A stretch of DNA of 64,000 nucleotides from an uncultured bacterium (lineage in GTDB: Bacteria > T1Sed10-126), in contig CAZVWJ010000012.1 of assembly GCA_964631325.1 (NCBI GenBank), positions 224 through 64,223 of the forward strand, written 5' to 3'. The notes under the pieces were generated by a model, which did no database searches, had not been told where the DNA came from, and saw only the letters and a program-made list of their open reading frames with translations. The stretch's first letter is position 1. Each line of letters opens with the position of its first letter. A program made the position numbers and the translations under genes. Shown one piece after another: positions 48,040 to 57,012 of the stretch.

Positions 48040-48515
48040 TTTGATTTATTTTTTACCAGATTAATTTCGAATGGTTCAGAAGAACTCACTTTGCCAGCTT
48101 CAAGGGGAGACAATTTTTCCGTTACTTCCAGGTTGAAACGATGACTGATTTTTGCTTCGTACTGGCGGGCCCCGGGCCAGAGAGGAGAAACCGAGGGGAA
48201 CCGACCCCGGGCTTCCAACGTAGTAGAGACGACAGCTCGGCCGGCTAAATTAAACGAATAGAGCCAGTAAAAGAGTTCAATCAAGTTATTTTCGGGAACA
48301 GTTACAGCAGCACTAATAGTTGAAAGATGGAGAAAATAATAAGGTTTACCATCTTTAAGCGTCCGGCAGACCGGCAAGATATTTTCAGCAGAGACCTTAA
48401 TTTTAACTATATTTTGGGGAGTAAGAGTAGTTTTTAGGGAACCAGAGTCAGCCAGCTTTTCCTCAAGAAAATCAGCTATCCTGGTGGGGGATAAAAAATC
48501 CTCGGAAGGACACAT
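48036..48515 (-). CDS. nuoC: complex I 30-kDa subunit homolog
   Basis: PSVSPLWPGARQYEAKISHRFNLEV matches NuoC core. Confidence 0.6.
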   Translation of the reverse strand: MCPSEDFLSPTRIADFLEEKLADSGSLKTTLTPQNIVKIKVSAENILPVCRTLKDGKPYYFLHLSTISAAVTVPENNLIELFYWLYSFNLAGRAVVSTTLEARGRFPSVSPLWPGARQYEAKISHRFNLEVTEKLSPLEAGKVSSSEPFEINLVKNKSK

Positions 48516-48544
48516 TTAATTTTGCGCTAACGTTTTATTAAACT

Positions 48545-48889
48545 TCATTCCCACTGAAAGACACCATGTTTCCAGGCATAAAGATAGCCAGCCGTAAAAC
48601 TAATGGCCAGGGGGAGAAAAGCAGTGACAATGACCGGTTCAGTAAAGAGGGAGGAATTTAAGAGGAGTGCCCATCCAAAAACAAAAATTAGAGAAAAACT
48701 AAGGAGCAAGCAAACAAACCAAAATTTTAAAAAATCGCCAAAAAAATTAATGCGCGAAAGAGAGAACGTAAAACCAGGGGCCTTGCTTTCCCGGAAACAA
48801 AGCGTTACCAGTGGAAAGCAGACCAAGAATGCAACAGCAATAATAAATATAACCACTGGAAGCCAGGTGAGAATTAGTTCCTGTGTCAT
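48545..48889 (-). CDS. nuoA: complex I subunit A
   Basis: 114 aa, 3 TM, first gene of cluster. Confidence 0.55.
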   Translation of the reverse strand: MTQELILTWLPVVIFIIAVAFLVCFPLVTLCFRESKAPGFTFSLSRINFFGDFLKFWFVCLLLSFSLIFVFGWALLLNSSLFTEPVIVTAFLPLAISFTAGYLYAWKHGVFQWE

Positions 48890-50644
48890 TCACAATTTAC
48901 CGACAGTTTTTTGCCAGAATTCTGGTAAAATATCTGAGAACTTACGATCTTTTATTTCTCCAATATTGTCCGCGTCTTTGTTTGCTTCAACAATTTCCCT
49001 GGTTTTTTCTTCCCGGATATCAATATATTCTTCCAGTTCAATAATAGCCCGGAGCATTTTATCCTTGTTCCAGTTTTCCCATAAACCACGACCAAATAAT
49101 CGGCCCAGGAGAGCCACTTTTGAAGATTTAAGAACATGTAGTTCAGGGATTTTATCTTCAATACCGGCATAACTTCCCTGGACCAAACTTTTAATCAGGT
49201 GGTGAACCGGCCAGGAAGAAAGTTGATTCTGAGCAATAAATCTAACCATTTTAAAGCAGGAAAGAATATTAATCCCTCCGTGAAATTCCCTGTCTCTAAG
49301 AGCCGGGTAATTTTTAAGAGCGGGAAGCCAGTGTTCAATCAACTTGCTCTCGTCAACCGCTTCACACCGAAAATAAGGACAATCAGTTAACACTCCGTCC
49401 TCATACATTTTTTGAAACCAGCGCGAGGCAACGGGGCGATCAGCTATTTTTAACATCTCCTCGGTTATTCGTTCTTTGCTCACAGTTTCCAGGCGAGAAA
49501 TATTTGAACGAATATTTTTCTGAAGCTGTTCGGAGAAGTTCAACTTATGATCAGCCGCGAGGCGGTAAGCACGAAGGATTCGAAGAGGATCATTTTCCAG
49601 GGCATCCTCCCGGGTAAGACGGAGAACCCTCTGGTCAGCATCAGCCCGCCCCTCCACAGGATCAACCCAGGCTTCCCTGTCCATATCAAGGGCAATGCTG
49701 TTAATAGTAAAATCACGACGGCGAAGATCATCAACAACTTTTTCTTCACCTACCACGGTTAAATCCACCTGAGTTTTATCACCCGGCAACCGGTACATTT
49801 GACGCTCCTCATCAAGAGTAAACCACTTGCCGGCCAGTTCATCAGCCAATTTATTCTGCACTGATTCCGGAAATTCTGAGGCCATCAGATCGTAATCTTC
49901 CGGCTGTTTACCGGTAAGTAAATCGCGAATAGTCCCACCAACCAGAAAAACTCCAATATCCTCGTCCAGAAAGGGACGGGTAATTACTTCAATTCTTTCC
50001 CGCTCCTCACGAGCAGTCCGGTCAGCCAGGCGGAGTGGCTCAGGGAGACGGGATTTTTCAGAAAGCAGGGGCTCAATCACTTCCGGAATATAATTGGGCT
50101 CAATCATGTGGCCCGGGGAAAGAAATATGGGGGAGGCGCCTGCCTGAGACCGGACAGCAAAACCGACCGGTTCACCGTCCCAGATTGAAGTATGCTCCCC
50201 TACCTCTTCTCCCGGTTCATCGCACTCGCCCACCAGAATATTTTTTGCACAACCAATGGAGGGGGTATCAAGGAACAATCCCACGTGGGAAGCAAGGCCC
50301 ATGCGCCGGGGATGCGCGTAACCATGGCCGTCAATTAGAAAACAGTCCGGTTCCGTCTCCAAACACATTGCCGCGTCAATCATCGGGGGAGCTTCCCGAA
50401 AGGCAAGCAAACCGGAAATATAGGGGAAATTTAACTCAGAAATCAGGACAACTTTTTCGTGGATTCTATGGTCAGCGACGGAGTAGTTAATTGCCGAAGC
50501 GATGCAAATCCGGCTCTCGGGATAAAAAGAAACGTCCAGCGCAGCAATTAGATTAATATCCGGTTCACCTTTGAGGAGACAATCTTCAGCCAACTCTTCC
50601 TGCAACATGCGAGCCTCGTCTTCATTCAGGTCCCAGGGGTGCAC
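48890..50644 (-). CDS. fusion protein: N-terminal endonuclease V (Nfi) + C-terminal class II tRNA nucleotidyltransferase (CCA/poly(A) polymerase head-neck-body, no HD domain)
   Basis: DGHGYAHPRRMGLASHVGLFLDTPSIGCAK aligns with E. coli Nfi [30 protein letters not shown]; then VGGTIRDLLTGKQPEDYDLM (GGxVRD...DxD) and RRDFTINSIALDM of pol-beta-type CCA enzymes; 584 aa. Confidence 0.75.
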   Translation of the reverse strand: MHPWDLNEDEARMLQEELAEDCLLKGEPDINLIAALDVSFYPESRICIASAINYSVADHRIHEKVVLISELNFPYISGLLAFREAPPMIDAAMCLETEPDCFLIDGHGYAHPRRMGLASHVGLFLDTPSIGCAKNILVGECDEPGEEVGEHTSIWDGEPVGFAVRSQAGASPIFLSPGHMIEPNYIPEVIEPLLSEKSRLPEPLRLADRTAREERERIEVITRPFLDEDIGVFLVGGTIRDLLTGKQPEDYDLMASEFPESVQNKLADELAGKWFTLDEERQMYRLPGDKTQVDLTVVGEEKVVDDLRRRDFTINSIALDMDREAWVDPVEGRADADQRVLRLTREDALENDPLRILRAYRLAADHKLNFSEQLQKNIRSNISRLETVSKERITEEMLKIADRPVASRWFQKMYEDGVLTDCPYFRCEAVDESKLIEHWLPALKNYPALRDREFHGGINILSCFKMVRFIAQNQLSSWPVHHLIKSLVQGSYAGIEDKIPELHVLKSSKVALLGRLFGRGLWENWNKDKMLRAIIELEEYIDIREEKTREIVEANKDADNIGEIKDRKFSDILPEFWQKTVGKL

Positions 50645-50802
50645 TTTTTTTCACCTTTAAATTATAAATTTTGTTCTGAATTTAACTTTTCTACAATCAA
50701 AATAAAATAGAGAGTCAAATATTGCTTTCAAAAGATAATAAATTTTATCCTAACCAGACAAAAAAAGACAGCGGAAAATAATATTTCTCAAGACAAGTAA
50801 AA

Positions 50803-51186
50803 TTAAATTTTTAAGCTCCTGGTAGCAATCACATCCGCTCCGGTGTCGCAAACGTTGTGTATGAGTGTTTCTCCCCGCTTAACCGGTAATTCAGGCCGGT
50901 ATTTATTAATTTCTCTATATACTTCACATATTTTTTCGCGAGGAACCGGTTGACTGGTAAGGACACTGGTAACTTTGTTTCTTTGGGATTTTATGGGAAG
51001 CACGGTCATTACCGACCGACGGGGATTGAGCAATTCCTCCACGGCATAGTCTTCACCGCGGGAACAAACGCAGTTTTCTACTGTTAGAATCTCTTCTTTC
51101 TTCGGCGCGTATTTTACTTTTAAATTACAGGCGTTGGGACAAAGTGTGCAAGTTAAAGAGAGCCATTCAGGCATATTATTTTTCAT
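50803..51186 (-). CDS. DUF1667-like Cys-rich protein
   Basis: CTLCPNAC...CVCSRGEDYA Cys pattern; downstream partner of two FAD oxidoreductases; start trimmed to internal Met. Confidence 0.55.
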   Translation of the reverse strand: MKNNMPEWLSLTCTLCPNACNLKVKYAPKKEEILTVENCVCSRGEDYAVEELLNPRRSVMTVLPIKSQRNKVTSVLTSQPVPREKICEVYREINKYRPELPVKRGETLIHNVCDTGADVIATRSLKI

Positions 51187-52423
51187 CCTTTTCGAGATAA
51201 ATACTGACTTCTTCAAGCGATGAATTTGCTTCAATTTCTACCTGCTTCATTTCAGCGGGCAGGAGGGTGGAATAACTGTTTTCAAAAAGAGTTTCCGGAC
51301 CTTTACTGACAACCAGACGAACGTTGCGGCGCGGACGATCCACGCGAAATTTCAAAGTTGTGGAACGACAATCAACCCGTAAATATTGGGGAAGCACGTA
51401 TTGAATTCCCCGTCCGGCATGAAGGGGATGCTTTTGAGACTGGCTCCAAACCTGTCGGACAAAATTCACTGCCGCTTCTCCGGCTTCATAGCCTTCAAAC
51501 ACAGCATAATCGGCGACGTCGTGGATGTGGAGCACGTTGCCGGTACTGAAGATTCCGGGAACAGTAGTTTCGTAGTTATTATCAACCCGGGCGCCGCCAG
51601 TCAGCGGCGAGATCTCCACGCCCGCCTGGCGAGAGAGTTCATTTTCCGGAATCAGGCCGACGGACAGCAGCAGCGTATCACAGGAGACTGTTCGCTCAGT
51701 CTCCGGCAACGGCTGATAGTCACTATCAAGGTCGGCCACAGTTATTTCTTTCAGCCGGTGCTTGCCCTTTATCTCCGTTACCGTGCTCGAAAGATGAAGG
51801 GGAATGTCAAAATCATCGACGCACTGGACCTTGTTTCTCAACAAGCCCCCGACGTAGGCTTCCCGTTCAAAAATCCCCTTAATTTTCATCCCCTGTTCGA
51901 GCGCGACATGGCGAGCCATAATCAGACCAACGTCCCCGGAACCGAGAATTACGACCTCGTTACCCGGCTTGATATTTTTCAGGTTCATCAGATTCTGGGC
52001 CGTGCCGGCGGTAAAAATTCCGGCCGGCCGACTGCCGGGAATTTCTACGGCGCCACGGGGTCGTTCACGACAGCCCATGGCAAGAATTACCGCTCCCGCC
52101 TCGATCTCCCGCAACCCCTGCTCGGTCGCCACCCGGAGGTGCCGCTCCGGGGTTAACTCCAGCACCATGCTGTTGGTCAAAATATCAACGCCGGCCTCTC
52201 CGGCCGCTTCCGCAAGGCGGCCGGCATACTGGGGGCCGGCCAGCGATTCCCCGTAATGGTGCAGACCAAAACCATCGTGGATACACTGGGGCAAAATCCC
52301 GCCCAGCCAATCGTTGCGCTCCAGCACCAGGGCCGCCGCCCCGGCTTCGCTGGCTGCGGTAGCCGCGGCCAGGCCGGCCGGCCCGGCGCCAATAACGACT
52401 ACGTCCACTTCAATTCTGCGCAC
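51176..52423 (-). CDS. NAD(P)/FAD-dependent pyridine-nucleotide-disulfide-type oxidoreductase
   Basis: VVVIGAGPAGLAAA dinucleotide fold at N-terminus; second Rossmann VVILGSGDVG. Confidence 0.7.
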   Translation of the reverse strand: MRRIEVDVVVIGAGPAGLAAATAASEAGAAALVLERNDWLGGILPQCIHDGFGLHHYGESLAGPQYAGRLAEAAGEAGVDILTNSMVLELTPERHLRVATEQGLREIEAGAVILAMGCRERPRGAVEIPGSRPAGIFTAGTAQNLMNLKNIKPGNEVVILGSGDVGLIMARHVALEQGMKIKGIFEREAYVGGLLRNKVQCVDDFDIPLHLSSTVTEIKGKHRLKEITVADLDSDYQPLPETERTVSCDTLLLSVGLIPENELSRQAGVEISPLTGGARVDNNYETTVPGIFSTGNVLHIHDVADYAVFEGYEAGEAAVNFVRQVWSQSQKHPLHAGRGIQYVLPQYLRVDCRSTTLKFRVDRPRRNVRLVVSKGPETLFENSYSTLLPAEMKQVEIEANSSLEEVSIYLEKDEK

Positions 52424-52428
52424 TAAAA

Positions 52429-53898
52429 TCAGTCCTTAATATAGCCCCGGAAAAGTTGTGATTCCCGGTTGTTTTTAAATATTTCGGCGGGCTCCCTGTC
52501 GTATTTTTCGATTAACAGGCGGGCAATTCGCGGCCCGCAGAAGCCCCCCTGACAGCGGCCCATGGTTGGACGAGCACGACGTTTAATAGCGTCCAGGGAC
52601 TGAACCCCGAGGGGGTTTTCAATGGCCCGGATAACTTCCGCCCGGGTTACCTGTTCACAGCGGCAGTCAATTATCCCGTGTTTCTCGTTTTCCTCAATTA
52701 ACCGGACCTGTTTTTCCGGGGGAAGGTGGGCGAACCGGACCGGCTGTTCCCGCTCCGGATTAAAATCCTCCCGTAACTGGAGAGAGCGCTGTTCACCGAT
52801 TATTTCGGCCACGTCCTCGGCAATCGCCGGAGCGGCGGTAAGGCCGGGGGACTCGATCCCCAGCAGTTCGATGAACCGGCTGAACTGCGGATTTTCGCGG
52901 ATTACAAAATCAGCAGTTTCCCCGCTATCGGGCGGAGTTAACTTGGGTCGGATGCCGGCGTAGTTACGGATGAAATTAACCTCCGCAAGCGGCGGCAGGT
53001 AATGTTCTATCTCTCCCTTGATGGTCTCCATGATTTCGCGGGTACTGGCCGTATCCTCGCGTTCCTCTATGTACCGGGCCGAAGGCCCGAGCAGGATATT
53101 TCCTTCAACCGTCGGGGTAAAATGAATGCCCAACCCGGCCCCGTCCGCCGGGGGCACGGGATAGACGAGTCGCTCCAGTTTCTCGGGAGCCTTGTCGGTG
53201 ACATAGTATTCACCCCGGCAGGGGTAGTGCTGGTATTCCGTCTCCCCGAGCAAGCCGGAGACCCGGTCGGCCTGGATGCCGGCCGCATTAATCAGCCAGC
53301 GACAGCGAAAACTCGCGCCGGTTGAAGTTTGCAAACGGAACCCCTTCTCGCACTGGCTGAGCGTAGTAACTTCAGTTTCAAAGTTAAACTGGACGCCGTT
53401 GGCGTGAGCGTTCTCGGCCAGGGCAATAACAAACTTGTAGGGCTTGATAATTCCGGTTTCCGGCGAATAAAGGGCGTATTTGCCCTTGACCCCCGGTTGG
53501 AGTTTTTTAAGCTTCTTTTCCCCGATCAGCTCGAGCGGCGGACAGTCGTTTTTCTGTCCCTGCTCGTAAAGTTCTTCCAGCGTAGCCTTCTCGGCTTCAT
53601 TCTGAGCGACGACGACTTTGCCGGGTGTTTCCATACGAAAGCCAAGCTCCGCAGAAAGCTGTTCAAAACGACGCAAACCGCGGACGTTGGTTTCCGCCTT
53701 CTTGCTCCCCGGTTTTACGTTAAACCCGGCGTGCAGGACCCCGCTGTTTGCCTTGGAAATCCCGCTGGCCACGTCCTCTTCCTTCTCCAGCACGAGGATA
53801 TCTTCGGTGTAGCGGGCCAACTCCCGGGCAATCGCACAGCCAATTACCCCGCCGCCGATAATGATAAAGTCAGTTAAATTATTCTGTTCAGAAGCCAT
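52429..53898 (-). CDS. FAD-dependent oxidoreductase (GlpA / L-2-hydroxyglutarate-oxidase-like) with C-terminal BFD-like [2Fe-2S] domain
   Basis: FIIIGGGVIGCAIA; C-terminal CRCEQVTRAE...GRCQGGFCGPRI. Confidence 0.7.
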   Translation of the reverse strand: MASEQNNLTDFIIIGGGVIGCAIARELARYTEDILVLEKEEDVASGISKANSGVLHAGFNVKPGSKKAETNVRGLRRFEQLSAELGFRMETPGKVVVAQNEAEKATLEELYEQGQKNDCPPLELIGEKKLKKLQPGVKGKYALYSPETGIIKPYKFVIALAENAHANGVQFNFETEVTTLSQCEKGFRLQTSTGASFRCRWLINAAGIQADRVSGLLGETEYQHYPCRGEYYVTDKAPEKLERLVYPVPPADGAGLGIHFTPTVEGNILLGPSARYIEEREDTASTREIMETIKGEIEHYLPPLAEVNFIRNYAGIRPKLTPPDSGETADFVIRENPQFSRFIELLGIESPGLTAAPAIAEDVAEIIGEQRSLQLREDFNPEREQPVRFAHLPPEKQVRLIEENEKHGIIDCRCEQVTRAEVIRAIENPLGVQSLDAIKRRARPTMGRCQGGFCGPRIARLLIEKYDREPAEIFKNNRESQLFRGYIKD

Positions 53899-53960
53899 TT
53901 AACAGAATTCACCTTAACCAAAATATTAGTCCAAAATGCTTCTTAACATCAGTTTTACTT

Positions 53961-54392
53961 CTATTCGGGCGGGGGAATGTTTTTCAGTTTGGTTTTTAGA
54001 TACTCATGTATTCTCCGCAGCACTTTTCGGCTTTCCTGTAAAATTTCTGTTACTTCCTCAGAGGTAAAATCGTTCCGAGCAGCATAATCCGCCTGGATTC
54101 TATTCTCCATTAACTTTTGAAAAACAGCAACATAATCAGGCTCCACCTCACCGGTTTTCACAAAATGTTGACTGAACAGGTTAACACTTCCCTGGTGAGA
54201 CTTGGGATGTTTACCAATTAGCACCAGGCAGGCCTGCACAGCGTAAAAGACTGCGTAATAGGCCCGGTCAATCGCTGTTTCGAGGTGGCCACCTTCAAAG
54301 TTGAAGTGCGCCGCCGAATCAGCTTCAAGTGCCTGTTGCCAGCGACTTTGTGCTTCCCGCTTCTCGCTGGTAGAGCCGGAGGCCACGTTCAT
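53961..54392 (-). CDS. HEPN-domain protein (toxin-like)
   Basis: ENRIQADY-type HEPN motif; 143 aa; paired with MNT. Confidence 0.65.
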   Translation of the reverse strand: MNVASGSTSEKREAQSRWQQALEADSAAHFNFEGGHLETAIDRAYYAVFYAVQACLVLIGKHPKSHQGSVNLFSQHFVKTGEVEPDYVAVFQKLMENRIQADYAARNDFTSEEVTEILQESRKVLRRIHEYLKTKLKNIPPPE

Positions 54393-54954
54393 TCACCTCG
54401 CTTTTAAAATTAGAAGAGTCGCCTGCCCATTCATTCACCGTATAAACCTGCAGTGAAACATAAATGTCAGTTGATAATAAAATATCCTGCAGTTCCCGGT
54501 AGAATCGGAGCCACCAGCGCTGTTTACTGAGACGGTCTGTTCGGACAACAATCGCCAGGTCCAGGTCACTGTCTGCCCGGGCCTGAACTCGGACGGTAGA
54601 CCCATAAAGAAAAATAGTCTCGATAATTTCCGGGGCAAGCTCGGCCAGCTTTTCTGTAATTTGAGTGGCCAACTCAAGCCGTCGCAGGGCGGGCAGAAGA
54701 ATTTCTTTCTCTTTACTATCCTGATAAAAAACAAGATCACTGCTGACACCCAACACCTCCAAAAAGCGACTTAAACGGGCCAGGGTCAGTCCGCTTTCAC
54801 CACGTTCCACTTCTCCAACCGCCTGGGCGCTAATTCCCAGCCGCCTTCCCACTTCCTCCAGGGTTAAATTTTCCGCCTCTCGAATATCTCGTAGTTTTTT
54901 TCCTATATCTCCAACAGCATTGGTGGTTAGTTCTAATTTTCGCATACCTGCCAC
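54325..54954 (-). CDS. XRE-HTH fused to minimal nucleotidyltransferase (MNT antitoxin-like)
   Basis: N-terminal HTH LTLEEVGRRLGISAQAV; NTase motif LYGSTVRVQARADSDLDLAIVV. Confidence 0.7.
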   Translation of the reverse strand: MAGMRKLELTTNAVGDIGKKLRDIREAENLTLEEVGRRLGISAQAVGEVERGESGLTLARLSRFLEVLGVSSDLVFYQDSKEKEILLPALRRLELATQITEKLAELAPEIIETIFLYGSTVRVQARADSDLDLAIVVRTDRLSKQRWWLRFYRELQDILLSTDIYVSLQVYTVNEWAGDSSNFKSEVNERGLRLYQREAGSTKSLATGT

Positions 54955-55077
54955 CGCCCACTTGTTTCAGTCAGTTAAAATACTTTTTGAAACTCAAAAT
55001 AGTTTCTTACTATAAATTTAACCTACTATGCCAAAAAAATAAAGTTATAACTTTAAAAATATAGTAAAATTACTATA

Positions 55078-55495
55078 ACCTAAATTGAGCGATTCTATGG
55101 TGAGTCTGCAAGATATCACCTGTTTCTATCATTCTCGCAATTAGCCATTGAGGCTGTCTCAACTACGGTGATAGATAAGGTCAATGTTATTCTGGCCAAA
55201 AGCCGTACATTGAATACGTCACCGGGGACTCCCCGGTCGTGTCGTCTCCGAGGTATACAGCCCCTGGACCGCCTCCTGCGGCCCAATACAGGGCTGTATA
55301 AATCCAGAAACAGGACATCTTACATCCTCACCATAGCGGTGAAGAGAAGAACATATTGCTCTCCGGTGGATTTTTGTATTCCTCTGGATTCATGAGGAAT
55401 CCGAATAGAGGAATACATACCTCAGAGCAGCCCGGATGGCTGCGAGAATGAATCCGGAGAGTGATGTGTTCTTCGATAATAATCGCTCAATTTAG
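55078..55495. other. ~415-bp hairpin-rich non-coding element bounded by 13-bp terminal inverted repeats (aaattgagcgatt / aatcgctcaattt): candidate structured ncRNA or MITE
   Basis: inverted 13-mers at 55081-55093 and 55482-55494; nested stems tatacagccc..gggctgtata, attcctct..agaggaat, ggattc..gaatcc, ccggg..cccgg. Confidence 0.45.
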
Positions 55496-55555
55496 GAATA
55501 AATTAACAAAACCTGCTGATTGAACTGAAAATATAGATCTAAAGGATGGTTTCAA

Positions 55556-56515
55556 ATGCGCGAGTTAATTGAGCAGTTTAAAGAGTTAAAAGTTGCGGTG
55601 GTAGGGGATTTGATTCTTGACAAATACACCTGGGGAGAAGTGGGGCGAATCAGTCCGGAGGCCCCTGTTCCCGTCGTCCGGGTGCAACGCAAAAATGATA
55701 AATTGGGGGGAGCCGGGAACACGGCCCAGGTAATAAATGCTCTTGGTGCGAATCTTACCCTGTTTGGCCGGTTGGGAGATGACCGGGGCGGCCGGGAGTT
55801 TAAACAACTTCTGGCTGAACATGGGATTGATTTTCAGCCCCTGCCCAACGATGATCATCATCCGACCACGGTGAAAACCCGGGTGATTGCGGAAGGACAG
55901 CATGTGGTCCGGATTGATGAGGAAATCCACTCTCCGATCAAAGAAAGCAGTTTGCGAAAAAAACAGGCAGAACTTGAGGAAAACCTGGAGAATTTTGACG
56001 CCCTTCTGCTGTCCGATTATGGCAAGGGAGTCTTTTCGCCTGCTACTTTGCCACTCTGGCTTTCCGCGCTTCAACATTTAGATTTACCCACTGTGGTGGA
56101 TCCTTATACTGAACATTTCCCCAGTTACCGGGACGCAACTATTCTTACTCCAAACGAGGCTGAATTTCGCACTGGCCGCCGGCTTCGCGAGTCAGATACT
56201 ACGCCGCTCTCGGAACTGGCTGAGCACGGATTGGCTGACCTCAACCTGGAAGCTTTGTTAATCACCCGGGGCGAGGAAGGGATGACTCTGTTTGAAGCTG
56301 AACGTTCCGAGTTTCACCTGGATACTGAGGCCAGGGAAGTCTATGATGTCACCGGGGCCGGCGATACTGTTGCCGGGATCGTCGCTCTTGGTGAAGCACT
56401 GGAAGCTGATCGCCGGGAAATAGTCAAATTGGCTAATATTGCTGCCGGTCTGGTGGTTGGTCGGATGGGCACCGCGGCGGTTACTGTGGAAGAATTGGAG
56501 GAGGAACTGGACTGA
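55556..56515 (+). CDS. hldA: D-glycero-beta-D-manno-heptose 7-phosphate kinase (RfaE domain I, PfkB family)
   Basis: VAVVGDLILDKY...GGAGN; C-terminal DVTGAGDT. Confidence 0.8.
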   Translation: MRELIEQFKELKVAVVGDLILDKYTWGEVGRISPEAPVPVVRVQRKNDKLGGAGNTAQVINALGANLTLFGRLGDDRGGREFKQLLAEHGIDFQPLPNDDHHPTTVKTRVIAEGQHVVRIDEEIHSPIKESSLRKKQAELEENLENFDALLLSDYGKGVFSPATLPLWLSALQHLDLPTVVDPYTEHFPSYRDATILTPNEAEFRTGRRLRESDTTPLSELAEHGLADLNLEALLITRGEEGMTLFEAERSEFHLDTEAREVYDVTGAGDTVAGIVALGEALEADRREIVKLANIAAGLVVGRMGTAAVTVEELEEELD

Positions 56516-57012
56516 TGGCTCTTATTTCCCGGAAACAGGCCGGTGAAAAATGCGAACGGCTTCGTGAGGCAGGAGAACGAGTGGTTTTTACCAATGGTTG
56601 TTTTGATTTGCTTCACAGCGGTCACGTCCAGCTTTTTCGTCAGGCCGCCGAGCAAGGTGATTATTTGATAGTTGGTCTGAACAGCGATAGTTCGATTCGA
56701 GATTTAAAAGGTCCCCCACGGCCCCTGCTGCCGGAGACGGAGCGCGGGGAACTGCTCGATGCCCTGGGATTTGTAGACGATGTGACAATATTTTCCGAGA
56801 CAACTCCCCGGGAATTAATTGAGGCTGTAAAACCGGATGTTCTGGTGAAAGGGGAGGACTACGATAAATCTGAGATTGTCGGAGCTGATTTTGTTGAATC
56901 CCGGGGGGGAACTGTTTACCGGGCTCACCTGAAAGAAGGCCGGGGAACCACTGAATTAATTAACAAAATTTTGGCCGCCCATGACCGGAAGCAGGCAGAA
57001 ATTAATGAGTGA
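56515..57012 (+). CDS. hldC: D-glycero-beta-D-manno-heptose 1-phosphate adenylyltransferase (RfaE domain II)
   Basis: FTNGCFDLLHSGHV cytidylyltransferase-fold motif; 165 aa. Confidence 0.8.
   Translation: MALISRKQAGEKCERLREAGERVVFTNGCFDLLHSGHVQLFRQAAEQGDYLIVGLNSDSSIRDLKGPPRPLLPETERGELLDALGFVDDVTIFSETTPRELIEAVKPDVLVKGEDYDKSEIVGADFVESRGGTVYRAHLKEGRGTTELINKILAAHDRKQAEINE

Noticed and set aside
51386-53877. Plus-strand ORFs of 256 aa, 182 aa and others
   Set aside because: They are antisense to the FAD oxidoreductase genes, which have clear dinucleotide-binding motifs.
55168-55395. 75-aa plus-strand ORF
   Set aside because: It lies inside the hairpin-dense element and has an arginine/proline-rich translation; the region is more likely non-coding.
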